This document shows positions 37,713 through 46,797 of a stretch of DNA of 64,000 nucleotides, in pieces (positions within the stretch are counted from its first letter, which is position 1; the number at the start of each line of letters is the position of its first letter). The notes under the pieces were generated by a model, which saw nothing but the letters and a program-made list of their open reading frames with translations, searched no databases and was not told the DNA's origin. Made by a program: the position numbers and the translations under genes. Source of the stretch: an uncultured virus (IMG/VR IMGVR_UViG_3300020056_000010) (Duplodnaviria; Heunggongvirae; Uroviricota; Caudoviricetes); IMG/VR virus record IMGVR_UViG_3300020056_000010; one strand, written 5' to 3'.

Positions 37713-38612
37713 TTATGTATTAATTTTACTACGTTTTTTGGATTTTGTCAACTGTTTTTTATTGGCATAAGTTTTACGATTGCTTTTACTGTCTGCGGTG
37801 GCTGACACACCGAGAGAACCAATAGCAGCCATATTACCTTTAAAGATATAAGTGCCAATGTGATTGAGGTGCATCCAAGGGCACATAATCACTTTCATAC
37901 CGATGTCACGGGCTTTCCTACAGAAGAAGTAATCCTCTGATAGATAACGACGCGATTCCGGATCAATTACACAGTCAAAGAACGCTGTGATATCTCGCGA
38001 ACCATCAAACTTGTCCGTACGAACATGATCTGGTTTGTACTGAAGTTCAGGATAGGCATCGCGATATTTCTCAAGTGTTTCTCGTGGAATACACATAAAG
38101 CCTGTACCACCCTCACCAATCTCAAGTGGTTCACCAACATTAAATGTATCTAATTTCTTAACAGGATTAAATACATAGTCTGCTGTATAGTTATCAAGCT
38201 CGAATGGATTTTCGTCACCTTTACCAAGCTCTGCAGCCTTAGCAACCTTTTCCCACGCGATTGTTTTCTTAGGATAAGGTCCTACAACAATATTATGATT
38301 CTCGGTGTCTGCTAGATTTACAGCAATTAATCCTAGAACATCTTTAGCATTAAATGCGATGTCTGAATCGATGAATACAAGGTGAGTACAATCAGATCTG
38401 AGGAACTCATCTACAACATAATTACGTGCCCTCTGGATAAGGCTCTCGTTAAAGAGATAATAAAAACGGATAGGAATACCATTTGCTGCACACATCATAG
38501 CCAGGTCGTTACAGGACTTAGCATATGAGCCTGAGCAGTTACCACCGTACATCGGAGTACCGATAAAGAGCTTCTGCTCTTTGAGTTTGTCTAAAGAGAT
38601 TTCAATTTTCAT
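37713..38612 (-). CDS. GT-A fold glycosyltransferase-like protein
   Basis: IGTPMYGG, ESLIQRARN, LVFIDSDI (DxD), GTGFMCIPR, YLSEDYFFC, LNHIG. Confidence 0.7.
   Translation of the reverse strand: MKIEISLDKLKEQKLFIGTPMYGGNCSGSYAKSCNDLAMMCAANGIPIRFYYLFNESLIQRARNYVVDEFLRSDCTHLVFIDSDIAFNAKDVLGLIAVNLADTENHNIVVGPYPKKTIAWEKVAKAAELGKGDENPFELDNYTADYVFNPVKKLDTFNVGEPLEIGEGGTGFMCIPRETLEKYRDAYPELQYKPDHVRTDKFDGSRDITAFFDCVIDPESRRYLSEDYFFCRKARDIGMKVIMCPWMHLNHIGTYIFKGNMAAIGSLGVSATADSKSNRKTYANKKQLTKSKKRSKINT
37723..37751 (-). promoter_or_regulatory. sigma70-type promoter for gp45
   Basis: TTGACA-N17-TAAAAT, embedded in the 3' end of the upstream gene. Confidence 0.65.
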
Positions 38613-39244
38613 ATTTCTACTTGCTCCATATCATTTTCTGCTCTATGAATAGCCTGAATCCGAAGGATGTCTGCTGCGACATCATGTCTGCTATCATGAG
38701 CACTAAATACTTTTTCCCATTGCTCAGTATCTGCAACGGGTACGAATCCATTCTTTGTTGTAAAGTTAAACTTCGCATCAATAAATGTACGAGTATCACG
38801 TATACGCCAGTAAGGAATGTACTCGTTTAGAAACTTGTCCTTGCCTACGGCCATTGCCATATGATCTAGAATAACTGGGTCAAAACCGTTTGAACGGCTC
38901 CACCAGTAATCAACTTTATCTTGAGTACGAAGATATCCGATCATCTGCTCAATAAACTGTGGTAGCTTAAGATCATCTGGCTTTGGTTTTAAAAGCTTAC
39001 GAACTTCTGGTGCTTGCTGTAGCCACCAATCAAGATCTGACTTTTGATATTCAAAGTCATAGTTCTTTATTTGATCTTGCAAATCAAGTTTTGCTTTTTG
39101 AATGATACCTAAAAGTTCTTGAAAAGAATAAGGCTCATCAAGAAAGCGATCCCATACAAATGTTGCATAAGAACACTCAATGCCAGGCGCCTTACGAGCA
39201 CACTGGCCAATTGTTTCAAAGTCTAGGATAAAGTCAGTTCTCAT
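38609..39244 (-). CDS. dexA: 3'-5' exonuclease, DexA-like (DEDD family)
   Basis: ILDFETIG, WWLQQ, WSRSNGFD, RDTRT, HDSRHDVAAD. Confidence 0.8.
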   Translation of the reverse strand: MRTDFILDFETIGQCARKAPGIECSYATFVWDRFLDEPYSFQELLGIIQKAKLDLQDQIKNYDFEYQKSDLDWWLQQAPEVRKLLKPKPDDLKLPQFIEQMIGYLRTQDKVDYWWSRSNGFDPVILDHMAMAVGKDKFLNEYIPYWRIRDTRTFIDAKFNFTTKNGFVPVADTEQWEKVFSAHDSRHDVAADILRIQAIHRAENDMEQVEI

Positions 39245-40449
39245 AGAAAAGCCTCAAGTGTAGTAATGTTTTCTTGGTATTCAAGCTTCTGAGTACCATT
39301 ATACTGCAAAATGTAATCGGTGTCAACCATTTTTCTTAGACCTTTAAGTGTTGCTAGAACCTCTGTGGCCATGTCTGTGGCTGTTTGCACAGGGACATTT
39401 TGGCAAATATGATTTGCTACCTTAGGGCCCGCATCGACCAATTCAAAGTCTTCGGGCAAGCCCATGATTGACATAGCTTCTCGGTAATTAATAAATCGAT
39501 CTTCATCAGGATGAGTAAGCATAGTAGGATAGTGGCCAACGAAAGCGCCGATACGATCTTTTGGAACAATGACACCTCTTCTCATAATCGACCCACCCTT
39601 AGCAAGTTTCTCATGTTTATAGTGGCACTTATCAACTTCTTTCTCAAAACCGTTTGCAGCCATCCAGTCAGCAACTTCATTATAAGTTTTACCTGCTCTT
39701 TCGATATAAGAGAAAGAATCCACACCACGAGCTGACGTTGGATCTACATCGCGAGAATGCTCTGTATGAGTTTTGCCTCCTTCAATCTCTTCAAGAATGT
39801 ACTTATAGTACGGGTTGTCGGAAGGCTTTTTAGTATTGATAGGTTCAGTTTGAAAGTTTGATTTTACATTACGAATTAATTCTTCGATTGGTGTGTACTC
39901 ACGATTGTAGTATTCAAAGATTGGTACGCCGTTATCTCGTTTCCAGAAGAAATAAAATGAGCGTTCTCGTACCTGTGGAACACCATGAAGTAGAGATCTA
40001 GTCCGGTATACACTCATCGTATATCCATTGTCCTTACCAATCTGTTTCAATTGATTACGAACATTAGTTCCAATCTTACCAGCAAATCCTGGAGCGTTCT
40101 CGCCCCAGAAACAGTCTGGTCTATATTCACCAAGAATATACTTTGCAGTCTCAATCATCCATTTGTTGTTTTCGTTGTCGTCACCGTATCCATGTGACAT
40201 CATTGATAAACCAGCGCATGGACACACTGATGATACAACATTTGCTCTTTCGCCTGGCGGTGGCCTATGTCCTTTATCTAGAACATAATATGGAATCTTG
40301 TTGTCGTAATAATTTAGAATATGTTTGTCATTACCAGCAAAAGGTTCATATGACATAAAATGAATTGGAGGTGCACCAAAGGCTCGATGGGAACCAATAG
40401 TTTCACCTCCAATTAGTGGTACGATACTTGCGTGGGTAATATCACTCAT
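39241..40449 (-). CDS. C5-cytosine DNA methyltransferase-like protein with atypical SAM-binding motif I
   Basis: Motif IV CPCAGLS, VI ENAPGF, VIII GVPQVRER, IX REAMSIMGLPEDF, X QNVPV; motif I reads VPLIGG instead of FxGxGG. Confidence 0.75.
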   Translation of the reverse strand: MSDITHASIVPLIGGETIGSHRAFGAPPIHFMSYEPFAGNDKHILNYYDNKIPYYVLDKGHRPPPGERANVVSSVCPCAGLSMMSHGYGDDNENNKWMIETAKYILGEYRPDCFWGENAPGFAGKIGTNVRNQLKQIGKDNGYTMSVYRTRSLLHGVPQVRERSFYFFWKRDNGVPIFEYYNREYTPIEELIRNVKSNFQTEPINTKKPSDNPYYKYILEEIEGGKTHTEHSRDVDPTSARGVDSFSYIERAGKTYNEVADWMAANGFEKEVDKCHYKHEKLAKGGSIMRRGVIVPKDRIGAFVGHYPTMLTHPDEDRFINYREAMSIMGLPEDFELVDAGPKVANHICQNVPVQTATDMATEVLATLKGLRKMVDTDYILQYNGTQKLEYQENITTLEAFL

Positions 40450-41447
40450 GCTAAAAACTTTCTCACTGTTGAGAGCGCTGTGCTCACAGCCTGATGCATA
40501 TCAAGATAGGCATACAAACCGCAGCGACCGATAAAGGTCATATGCTCTGGTATTTCGGCTTTATATTTTTTGTATAGCTCTCGGTTCTTACCATCGCGAT
40601 CTTTTACTGGATAATAACGTTCATAGTTATTCTCAGAGTAATCGCATGGTTCCTCGAACGTTAGCGTTGTGATATATTTATTATCGCCGTGACAGGGAAT
40701 ATTCTTCCATTCAGTAACACGAGTCTTTGGGCCGTGATGAGTAAAGTTTACAGTAGCGGTTGGTAATGCCCGTGGAATCGGCAGGCTTACAGTCTCAAAC
40801 TTGATTGAACGATATGGAAGCTTATCATATTTCCATTCAAACCATTCATCAATTGGCATAGAATTAAACACATGATCGTATTCTTTATCCATATGATAAT
40901 TATATTCAGTATTTAAAGATACAGTTATATTGTGGTGAGTGAGAATGTTCTCAACCATTTTAGTATAGCCATGCCGTGGCATGAATTGTATCTTATCATT
41001 TGGAAAGTATTCTTCGTTGTAATCATCACGAATAGGAACTCGATTGATAATATCAGGATTCAACTGATCAAGTTCGACACCCCACATCTTCTTGGTATAA
41101 GGTCTGAAGAATACGTCGAGAACATTCTCCTCACCGACAATATCTTTTGTTTCACGATTTACTGGTAATGTGACGTATTGTCCATCCGAGAGTTGAGCTT
41201 TAACTTTGTGCCGATACTCAACCCACTCAGTAAACTGTGAAAGCCATTCAAATACTTCTTCATTATTAGTATGAAATAGATGAGGACCATACTTATGAAC
41301 TCGAATGCCATGTTCATTCTCATAATCATATGCATTACCGGCTACGTGATCTCGTTTATCAATTACATCTACATTATGTCCTGCTCTTGCAAGCTCACGA
41401 GCAACCACACAACCTGATAGACCCGCACCTACTACTAAATACTTCAT
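40446..41447 (-). CDS. glf: UDP-galactopyranose mutase
   Basis: VVGAGLSG FAD motif, HVAGNAYD, VHKYGPHLFHT, LPYRS, ERYYP, GRCGLYAYLDMHQ. Confidence 0.92.
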   Translation of the reverse strand: MKYLVVGAGLSGCVVARELARAGHNVDVIDKRDHVAGNAYDYENEHGIRVHKYGPHLFHTNNEEVFEWLSQFTEWVEYRHKVKAQLSDGQYVTLPVNRETKDIVGEENVLDVFFRPYTKKMWGVELDQLNPDIINRVPIRDDYNEEYFPNDKIQFMPRHGYTKMVENILTHHNITVSLNTEYNYHMDKEYDHVFNSMPIDEWFEWKYDKLPYRSIKFETVSLPIPRALPTATVNFTHHGPKTRVTEWKNIPCHGDNKYITTLTFEEPCDYSENNYERYYPVKDRDGKNRELYKKYKAEIPEHMTFIGRCGLYAYLDMHQAVSTALSTVRKFLA

Positions 41448-42541
41448 GCTGCTAATACTCTCTCAAGCTCGTTTCTTTGAATGCTCTGATCCAAAGGATG
41501 GTTATCATATAGAGCATCTCGCTGAGCTTTGGCAGTAGCTTGCAATTGAGTAAGATCCATTGCTTCTACGTCTTGTACTCGAAGTCCAGCAAGACCCTCA
41601 TCTTTATAATACACCATCATTTCTGGTTTGTCACCAATAATAATAGAACCGGCGTCAGCAACCTGCAGTGGGCGTGCTCGCCACCACCCAGATCCGGCAT
41701 GGAAGTATCCGGGCATTAGACAGCCCCATTGTTGTTCGAATACTTTTACCATTTCCGGTTCGGTTTTACGCTCTGACTTATATTTACCACGCTTTGCGCC
41801 ATAGTAAACAATCTCCCACTTCCAATCGTCAGGTTGCTGCGCCTTGAGCCATTTTCGCGTTTTCTCTTGAACAAGAGACGCAAAATTCCATTTCATTTCT
41901 TTTTCTGGTGTATCACCAAAGAAACTATCCAAACCAACACTACCTGTTCCATAACCGTTGTCTGCACGACGATTTAGATGATAAGGATTTGGATTATATG
42001 TGTAAACGTTTTCTTCTTTCCAGCCAAGTTCTAGTGTTGACATATCACCACCTGCAAAGGCGCTTACAAGCAAACGATTCTCTTTACTGGTGATAATGTT
42101 ACAAGCATCGATATATTGTTCTTTATATGACGCTACAGTTTCTTTATCTTCTACACCTTGCCATAGATCAAAGAGATACTGGCGGAATACACCTTCATCG
42201 TTTGCTTCGAGCTTCTCTTTATATGTTTCAATAGTGCTGTAGATCTGTTTAAACTGCCAATCGTCAAAAGCTAAGATGCAGTTTGGGCGAGCATGTACGG
42301 CATACAGTCCGGACCATAGGAATTGACAGAAGGCCTGGATGCTGTGAATGTATACCACTACCTCATCATAGTGATCTAGGTTCTCGCCTAGTCTGACAGG
42401 CCGCTGTTCAACCTCATATCCCATATCTTCAAGGCAACGAATGAGTGAATAGTGAGATGGCACAACCTGAAGTTGTTGCTGCAGAAAGAAGTCTTTCGTA
42501 CACTGCAGCTTATTCATACCTGTTACAAGGATTTTTTTCAT
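41444..42541 (-). CDS. GT-B fold, beta-glucosyltransferase-like (putative DNA glycosyltransferase)
   Basis: LAFDDWQ and WWRARPLQVADAGSIIIGD recall T4 BGT (LFTDIRL...TLRVWETMAS..VMLID); lies in the dCMP hydroxymethylase operon. Confidence 0.55.
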   Translation of the reverse strand: MKKILVTGMNKLQCTKDFFLQQQLQVVPSHYSLIRCLEDMGYEVEQRPVRLGENLDHYDEVVVYIHSIQAFCQFLWSGLYAVHARPNCILAFDDWQFKQIYSTIETYKEKLEANDEGVFRQYLFDLWQGVEDKETVASYKEQYIDACNIITSKENRLLVSAFAGGDMSTLELGWKEENVYTYNPNPYHLNRRADNGYGTGSVGLDSFFGDTPEKEMKWNFASLVQEKTRKWLKAQQPDDWKWEIVYYGAKRGKYKSERKTEPEMVKVFEQQWGCLMPGYFHAGSGWWRARPLQVADAGSIIIGDKPEMMVYYKDEGLAGLRVQDVEAMDLTQLQATAKAQRDALYDNHPLDQSIQRNELERVLAA

Positions 42542-42903
42542 TTCGACTCCATATATCTTTTACATTCTTTAAGTTTCATCTCTTCATATTCAATATCATT
42601 CAATAGTCTATTTAGTGGTGAAGGATGAGGCATAACAAAGTGTTCAATACCTAGTCTATTTAGCGTTTCTGACACGAAGTTGCCGAGAGCAATAACTCTT
42701 TTATAACCATTAATATAACATAGTAGAGTCTCTTTGTCAACCATAGATTGATTGTAAGGTCCGGTTTCGTGAATAACATTGGTAAATGCATAGTACCTTA
42801 TACCGAGGTGATCCATCCACTGATTCAATCTTTTAATAGTAGGACTCTGCTGATGTGCAGGACCGTTTGAAGGATTTATACCAACTACAATCATATCAAT
42901 CAT
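42538..42903 (-). CDS. Minimal uracil-DNA glycosylase superfamily protein
   Basis: VVGINPS, FTNV, VIALG and HPSPLN motifs of the UDG fold in 121 aa. Confidence 0.7.
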   Translation of the reverse strand: MIDMIVVGINPSNGPAHQQSPTIKRLNQWMDHLGIRYYAFTNVIHETGPYNQSMVDKETLLCYINGYKRVIALGNFVSETLNRLGIEHFVMPHPSPLNRLLNDIEYEEMKLKECKRYMESK

Positions 42904-43420
42904 CTAATGTTGTTACTACCACGCCTGCTTCTTTATACATGGGAAGTGATTCTTTATACCATACCTCTTCCCAATTACCCTTGTCTGTCTTTGCAGTAGG
43001 CATTACAACTCGTTTAATACCAGCTTGGATAACGCACTTTGTGCATGCTGGGCAAACTGGCAGGCCATAAACATATAGTGTGGCATCCTTTACAGTAACG
43101 CCATTATACAAAGCATTCATAAGAGCATTCATTTCAGCATGAATTATACGAGGATACTTTTCATCTCGATTGTTGAGTCGTTCATCGCTATCTTCAATAC
43201 CTCGAGGAAAACCATTGTAACCGGTGGCAAGGATCCGCCTTTCAGCATTAACAACAACAGCACCTATCTTACTCGACGGATCCTTACTCCAGCCAGAGAT
43301 GATCTCAGCCATCTCCATGAAACGACGATCCCATTTTATATCCTTGGCATCTTCCTCACGCATACGCCGTCTCATGTAATCGTGGTAACTTTCTCGATAA
43401 TATTCCATTCTACTCATCAT
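42896..43420 (-). CDS. cd: dCMP deaminase
   Basis: WSKDPSSKIGAVVV...GYNGFPRG...HAEMNAL...VCPAC...QAGIKRVV; the true start may be 43408. Confidence 0.92.
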   Translation of the reverse strand: MMSRMEYYRESYHDYMRRRMREEDAKDIKWDRRFMEMAEIISGWSKDPSSKIGAVVVNAERRILATGYNGFPRGIEDSDERLNNRDEKYPRIIHAEMNALMNALYNGVTVKDATLYVYGLPVCPACTKCVIQAGIKRVVMPTAKTDKGNWEEVWYKESLPMYKEAGVVVTTLDD

Positions 43421-43649
43421 CTTTTTTGTTTAGAAGCTTTTGCTCCATTTGTTCCTTAATATCATGAACTCGTTCTTTTTCAATTAAGTCGATAATCAGA
43501 TTTGTAAGATCTAGATCTTTCTTGAGAAAAAACATTCTTTGCTGTATCTTCTCAAGTTGCTTTTGATAGTACTCTAATTCCTTTTCTTTACGCAATCTAG
43601 TCTCAATGATATCAGAAATCATTATAAGTTTGCCGGGCTCATGATCCAT
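43410..43649 (-). CDS. Hypothetical coiled-coil protein
   Basis: 79-aa ORF coupled to gp42. Confidence 0.65.
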   Translation of the reverse strand: MDHEPGKLIMISDIIETRLRKEKELEYYQKQLEKIQQRMFFLKKDLDLTNLIIDLIEKERVHDIKEQMEQKLLNKKDDE

Positions 43650-44344
43650 TATTTCACCAAATTAAAATGTCTTTCATACACGTGTAAATTCATGACTTGC
43701 CAGATGAGCATACCTTTTTCAATCTCACCGTGTTCACCTGTAACTGCAGCCATTTCATTCCAATTAGAAACAAACTTGTCCATAAGGTATTGTGCCCAAG
43801 CATAATCATTCTTATAGCCAAAAACAACATCATTAGAACGCATTTGAGATACCATCATCAAGACACCATCACGAATATAGAATGTTTGTGCATTTGTACA
43901 GATGAAGTCAGACTTGCCGCCTTCATTGAATTCAACCCAGATTGATGGACGGTTGTAAACCATTTGAGCACGGCGGCTGTCTGGATTACACCATAATTCA
44001 TCAAAGGCCATATAAAATTGTTTGAAGTACTTATCCGAGAAAACAAGATGGCCATAGTTAGAGTTGATATTGCCATGCTTGTCTGCTGAATATTTCCAAG
44101 CTGCGGGTGGATCTTGGTTCTTGCCATGAATATCATAGATATTTGTACTTTGGCTTTCATACCAATCCAACTCAGCTTCAATATAAGCTTGATTTGGTAT
44201 GCCAAAGATAGATGGTTCAGATGCAACGAAGTTTGCACCAATCATCTCGATGGTTTTCTGGCCAGTTTTATCGATTGTAAATGCTTCATCCGCGAGCTCA
44301 CCAATAAAGAACTCACGGATGTCTTTTACACTATTCATCAACAT
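43649..44344 (-). CDS. gp42: dCMP hydroxymethylase (thymidylate synthase superfamily)
   Basis: INSNYG...NPDSRRA...DFICTN...MRSNDVVFGYKNDYAW...LHVYERHF closely parallels T4 gp42, including the cytosine-specifying Asp (NDYAW). Confidence 0.88.
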   Translation of the reverse strand: MLMNSVKDIREFFIGELADEAFTIDKTGQKTIEMIGANFVASEPSIFGIPNQAYIEAELDWYESQSTNIYDIHGKNQDPPAAWKYSADKHGNINSNYGHLVFSDKYFKQFYMAFDELWCNPDSRRAQMVYNRPSIWVEFNEGGKSDFICTNAQTFYIRDGVLMMVSQMRSNDVVFGYKNDYAWAQYLMDKFVSNWNEMAAVTGEHGEIEKGMLIWQVMNLHVYERHFNLVK

Positions 44345-44690
44345 TCGTCACCTGTCGGTTAATTGGACGATTGAAAATATCACGGGAACCGTCTTGGCCC
44401 TCGATCTTTTGTCGACAATATGCAACAAAGAATGATGCATAGTTGATTAGATCTTTAGCACTATCTTCGAGCGATTCGAAGTTTGGTTCATAGTCTTCGC
44501 CACGCATAGCTTCCATAACAGATTTCATACGAAGCATTTTGCCATGCATGACATCATGGATCGATTGCACGCCGTTTGGATAGTAATCGGCTTGTTGTAC
44601 AGTCGAGTTCGGATTTTGATAATCACGAGACTTTTTGACTTGGATCTCAGCACACTCGGCTAAGACTTTTGCGGATTCAGGTGTTGACAT
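44331..44690 (-). CDS. Nucleotide-modification-associated all-alpha protein (Nmad1/DUF1599-like, MazG-like fold)
   Basis: KKSRDY...KMLRM...ESLEDSAKDLINYA pattern; directly upstream of gp42. Confidence 0.65.
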   Translation of the reverse strand: MSTPESAKVLAECAEIQVKKSRDYQNPNSTVQQADYYPNGVQSIHDVMHGKMLRMKSVMEAMRGEDYEPNFESLEDSAKDLINYASFFVAYCRQKIEGQDGSRDIFNRPINRQVTNVDE

Positions 44691-44699
44691 ATTACCTCC

Positions 44700-45428
44700 T
44701 TAGATTTTTTCACAACGGGGAAACAGTTTATGGCCACGCTCTGGCACGTGGAAGTAACCCATAATTGGAATTATACCACGGGAATCATTTTTTGTAAAGG
44801 AAAGACTTGAGCGTGCGCCTTTACCAGATTTTGGCTTTTTCCAATACTGAGTAGTATCATCAAGATTAACCAAAGAAACATGAGCGCCCACGATTTGATA
44901 TTTATCGTCAAGTTGAAAACGCTTAAGAAGATGCATAGATACTTTTTCACCAGCGTTAGCGTTACCGGTCCACATGTTAAATTTTTCAAAAGCTTGAGAC
45001 ATGCAGTTTTTGTCTTCGATTTCCGTACGGCGCGTATTAGTGTATACCCAATCATAGCCATCTGAAAGATCAACTCGTAAGTCAATACCAGTATTTTTAA
45101 GAAGACGGCCGAACAAATTATTGATTGGCGAGCTGTAAAGTTTAGAAATCTCAGCTGAACGCTGGGACATTGGCAGTGCGTCAAGCTCATCTTTGATAGG
45201 ATTGTCGTACCAATTAGAAGCAGAATCCAATTTTTCGGTATTGAAAATGCGTTGGAATTCTGGAATTATAGAACGAATACCTTCGATAAGAGGGGTGTAT
45301 TCGCCGTCGGCATTGAATGTTTCTTGACCAGATGTTTCTGCGATGTTGTCATCAGCATAATGTAATTGTGATTTTTGTGAAGCCAAGAAGTCGCCAGCAG
45401 TAGTAAATTTCATATCGCCCATAAACAT
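44700..45428 (-). CDS. Hypothetical protein, possible PD-(D/E)xK nuclease
   Basis: 242 aa; GYD...EIEDK could be a restriction-endonuclease-like active site; first gene of the modification operon. Confidence 0.55.
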   Translation of the reverse strand: MFMGDMKFTTAGDFLASQKSQLHYADDNIAETSGQETFNADGEYTPLIEGIRSIIPEFQRIFNTEKLDSASNWYDNPIKDELDALPMSQRSAEISKLYSSPINNLFGRLLKNTGIDLRVDLSDGYDWVYTNTRRTEIEDKNCMSQAFEKFNMWTGNANAGEKVSMHLLKRFQLDDKYQIVGAHVSLVNLDDTTQYWKKPKSGKGARSSLSFTKNDSRGIIPIMGYFHVPERGHKLFPRCEKI

Positions 45429-45461
45429 TGTGTGTGTTCCTTTCTGTGTAACGATAATTCT

Positions 45462-45489
45462 ATTATATCAGGATTAGAGAGAATGTCAA
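45462..45489 (-). promoter_or_regulatory. sigma70-type early promoter for the DNA-modification operon
   Basis: TTGACA-N16-TATAAT with an extended -10 TG. Confidence 0.7.
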
Positions 45490-45767
45490 CTATAATTGCG
45501 CACATAAACGTCAAAATGTGTCGCATTTTCTGCAGGAGTGTCGTGGGCCCAAGAATTCTCACGAGGACCACGAGGACGAATACGAAGACCTTGCGTATTC
45601 TGTTTACCATAGTAACTCAAAGTGCCATATAGTTTACGAGCACGAGTGATGTATCCATTACGCTCAACAAGCAAAGCTTTCAATTCAGCGATCGCAGGAT
45701 CGTCAAGAGACTTTACCGTGAAACGATAATCAAGAGAAGAACGGTTTTTGTAAGTTACGTATGCCAT
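45486..45767 (-). CDS. Hypothetical early protein
   Basis: 93-aa ORF with SD, in the early small-gene cluster. Confidence 0.7.
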   Translation of the reverse strand: MAYVTYKNRSSLDYRFTVKSLDDPAIAELKALLVERNGYITRARKLYGTLSYYGKQNTQGLRIRPRGPRENSWAHDTPAENATHFDVYVRNYS

Positions 45768-45901
45768 TATTTTGTTTCCTTATTCACGATGATGTAAACT
45801 GTTGGCTCGTCGAGCTTAGAGCCGATAAAAGCTTTTGCATCTTCTAAGCGAGAGCACATAGCGATGATCTGGTTGTTTGCTGCATTTTGAATATAGTACA
45901 T
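45767..45901 (-). CDS. Small hypothetical protein (44 aa)
   Basis: Below the track cutoff. MYYIQNAANNQIIAMCSRLEDAKAFIGSKLDEPTVYIIVNKETK, coupled by TAATG overlaps on both sides; AGGAGG upstream. Confidence 0.65.
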   Translation of the reverse strand: MYYIQNAANNQIIAMCSRLEDAKAFIGSKLDEPTVYIIVNKETK

Positions 45902-46215
45902 TAGAGTACCTCCTGTGGAGATACTCGCTTAGCACTAGAGACGAGGAAGTCACGATAATCATCGTCCAACTCTGCGAGTTCATCTTCCCAATCGTCGTGA
46001 GTGCGAAATGTGACGGGAAACTCTTTGTAGTACAGATTGTTCTGCATGCATAGAGCACCAACGAAAGCAACGGCATCTTGAATACGCTCAAGACCGCTGA
46101 CGATGTAGTCAGCTCCGCCCTTCATCTTCCAGTAGGCGTTACCATCGGAAAACTTACCAGACTCGCAGTGAGCACCATAGTTTTCAAGACACTGAGTAGA
46201 GATTACATATTTCAT
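45901..46215 (-). CDS. Hypothetical early protein
   Basis: MKYVISTQCLENYGAH...YWKMKGG; strong AGGAGG SD. Confidence 0.75.
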   Translation of the reverse strand: MKYVISTQCLENYGAHCESGKFSDGNAYWKMKGGADYIVSGLERIQDAVAFVGALCMQNNLYYKEFPVTFRTHDDWEDELAELDDDYRDFLVSSAKRVSPQEVL

Positions 46216-46243
46216 AGGTGGTTCCTCCTGTTCCTATAATAGT

Positions 46244-46272
46244 AATATAGTACATTTGCTAGTGAATGTCAA
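46244..46272 (-). promoter_or_regulatory. sigma70-type early promoter
   Basis: AAAAAGGG-TTGACA-N17-TATATT-ACTAT; near copy of the promoter at 47156-47184. Confidence 0.75.
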
Positions 46273-46286
46273 CCCTTTTTTTCATT

Positions 46287-46487
46287 TTATTTGAAAAAAG
46301 TTTCAACTACTTGATTTTCTTTCATCAAGGTAACGACCCTAGAATTGCTATGCCTACCTCTAACATGAACTTGAAACCATTCCCTAGCTTCTTTTTCAGT
46401 TTCGCATATGACAGCACAGCACTCAGGCAATTCACTCTCGACTGCTTGGCACATAGTGCTAAATTGTGTTGTTACTGTCCAAGTCAT
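46287..46487 (-). CDS. Hypothetical early protein
   Basis: 66-aa ORF with GGAG SD. Confidence 0.55.
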   Translation of the reverse strand: MTWTVTTQFSTMCQAVESELPECCAVICETEKEAREWFQVHVRGRHSNSRVVTLMKENQVVETFFK

Positions 46488-46491
46488 AATA

Positions 46492-46797
46492 TTACTCCAC
46501 GGTTACGTGTACATCATGACGGCTATGGCCATCAACGACAAATCCTGGAGAACAAGGGCAAGAGCAGCCTGCATATTGGCTCCAACGAACCTTGGTATCA
46601 GCAGGTAAACCCATTGCTTCCAAGACGCCAGGAATAACTTCTTTTTTGTAAACAGTATGTTCACGTTGCTTACGGTTCATCAAGTTTTCCATGATGGTCT
46701 CACCCTGTGGCCAAACATAGATGCGAGTTTGCTTAGAGTACTCTCTCCAAGATACCATTGGACCACGTTCACGGATATCGATATCAGTCGTTTTCAT
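46492..46797 (-). CDS. Hypothetical protein (WSQYAGCSCPCSPGF motif)
   Basis: 101-aa ORF with a Cys-rich motif. Confidence 0.7.
   Translation of the reverse strand: MKTTDIDIRERGPMVSWREYSKQTRIYVWPQGETIMENLMNRKQREHTVYKKEVIPGVLEAMGLPADTKVRWSQYAGCSCPCSPGFVVDGHSRHDVHVTVE

Noticed and set aside
43649..44344. Ordinary thymidylate synthase ThyA
   Set aside because: Motifs follow T4 gp42 (INSNYG, DFxCTN, RSNDVVFG.xNDYAW), with Asp at the base-specificity position rather than the Asn of ThyA.
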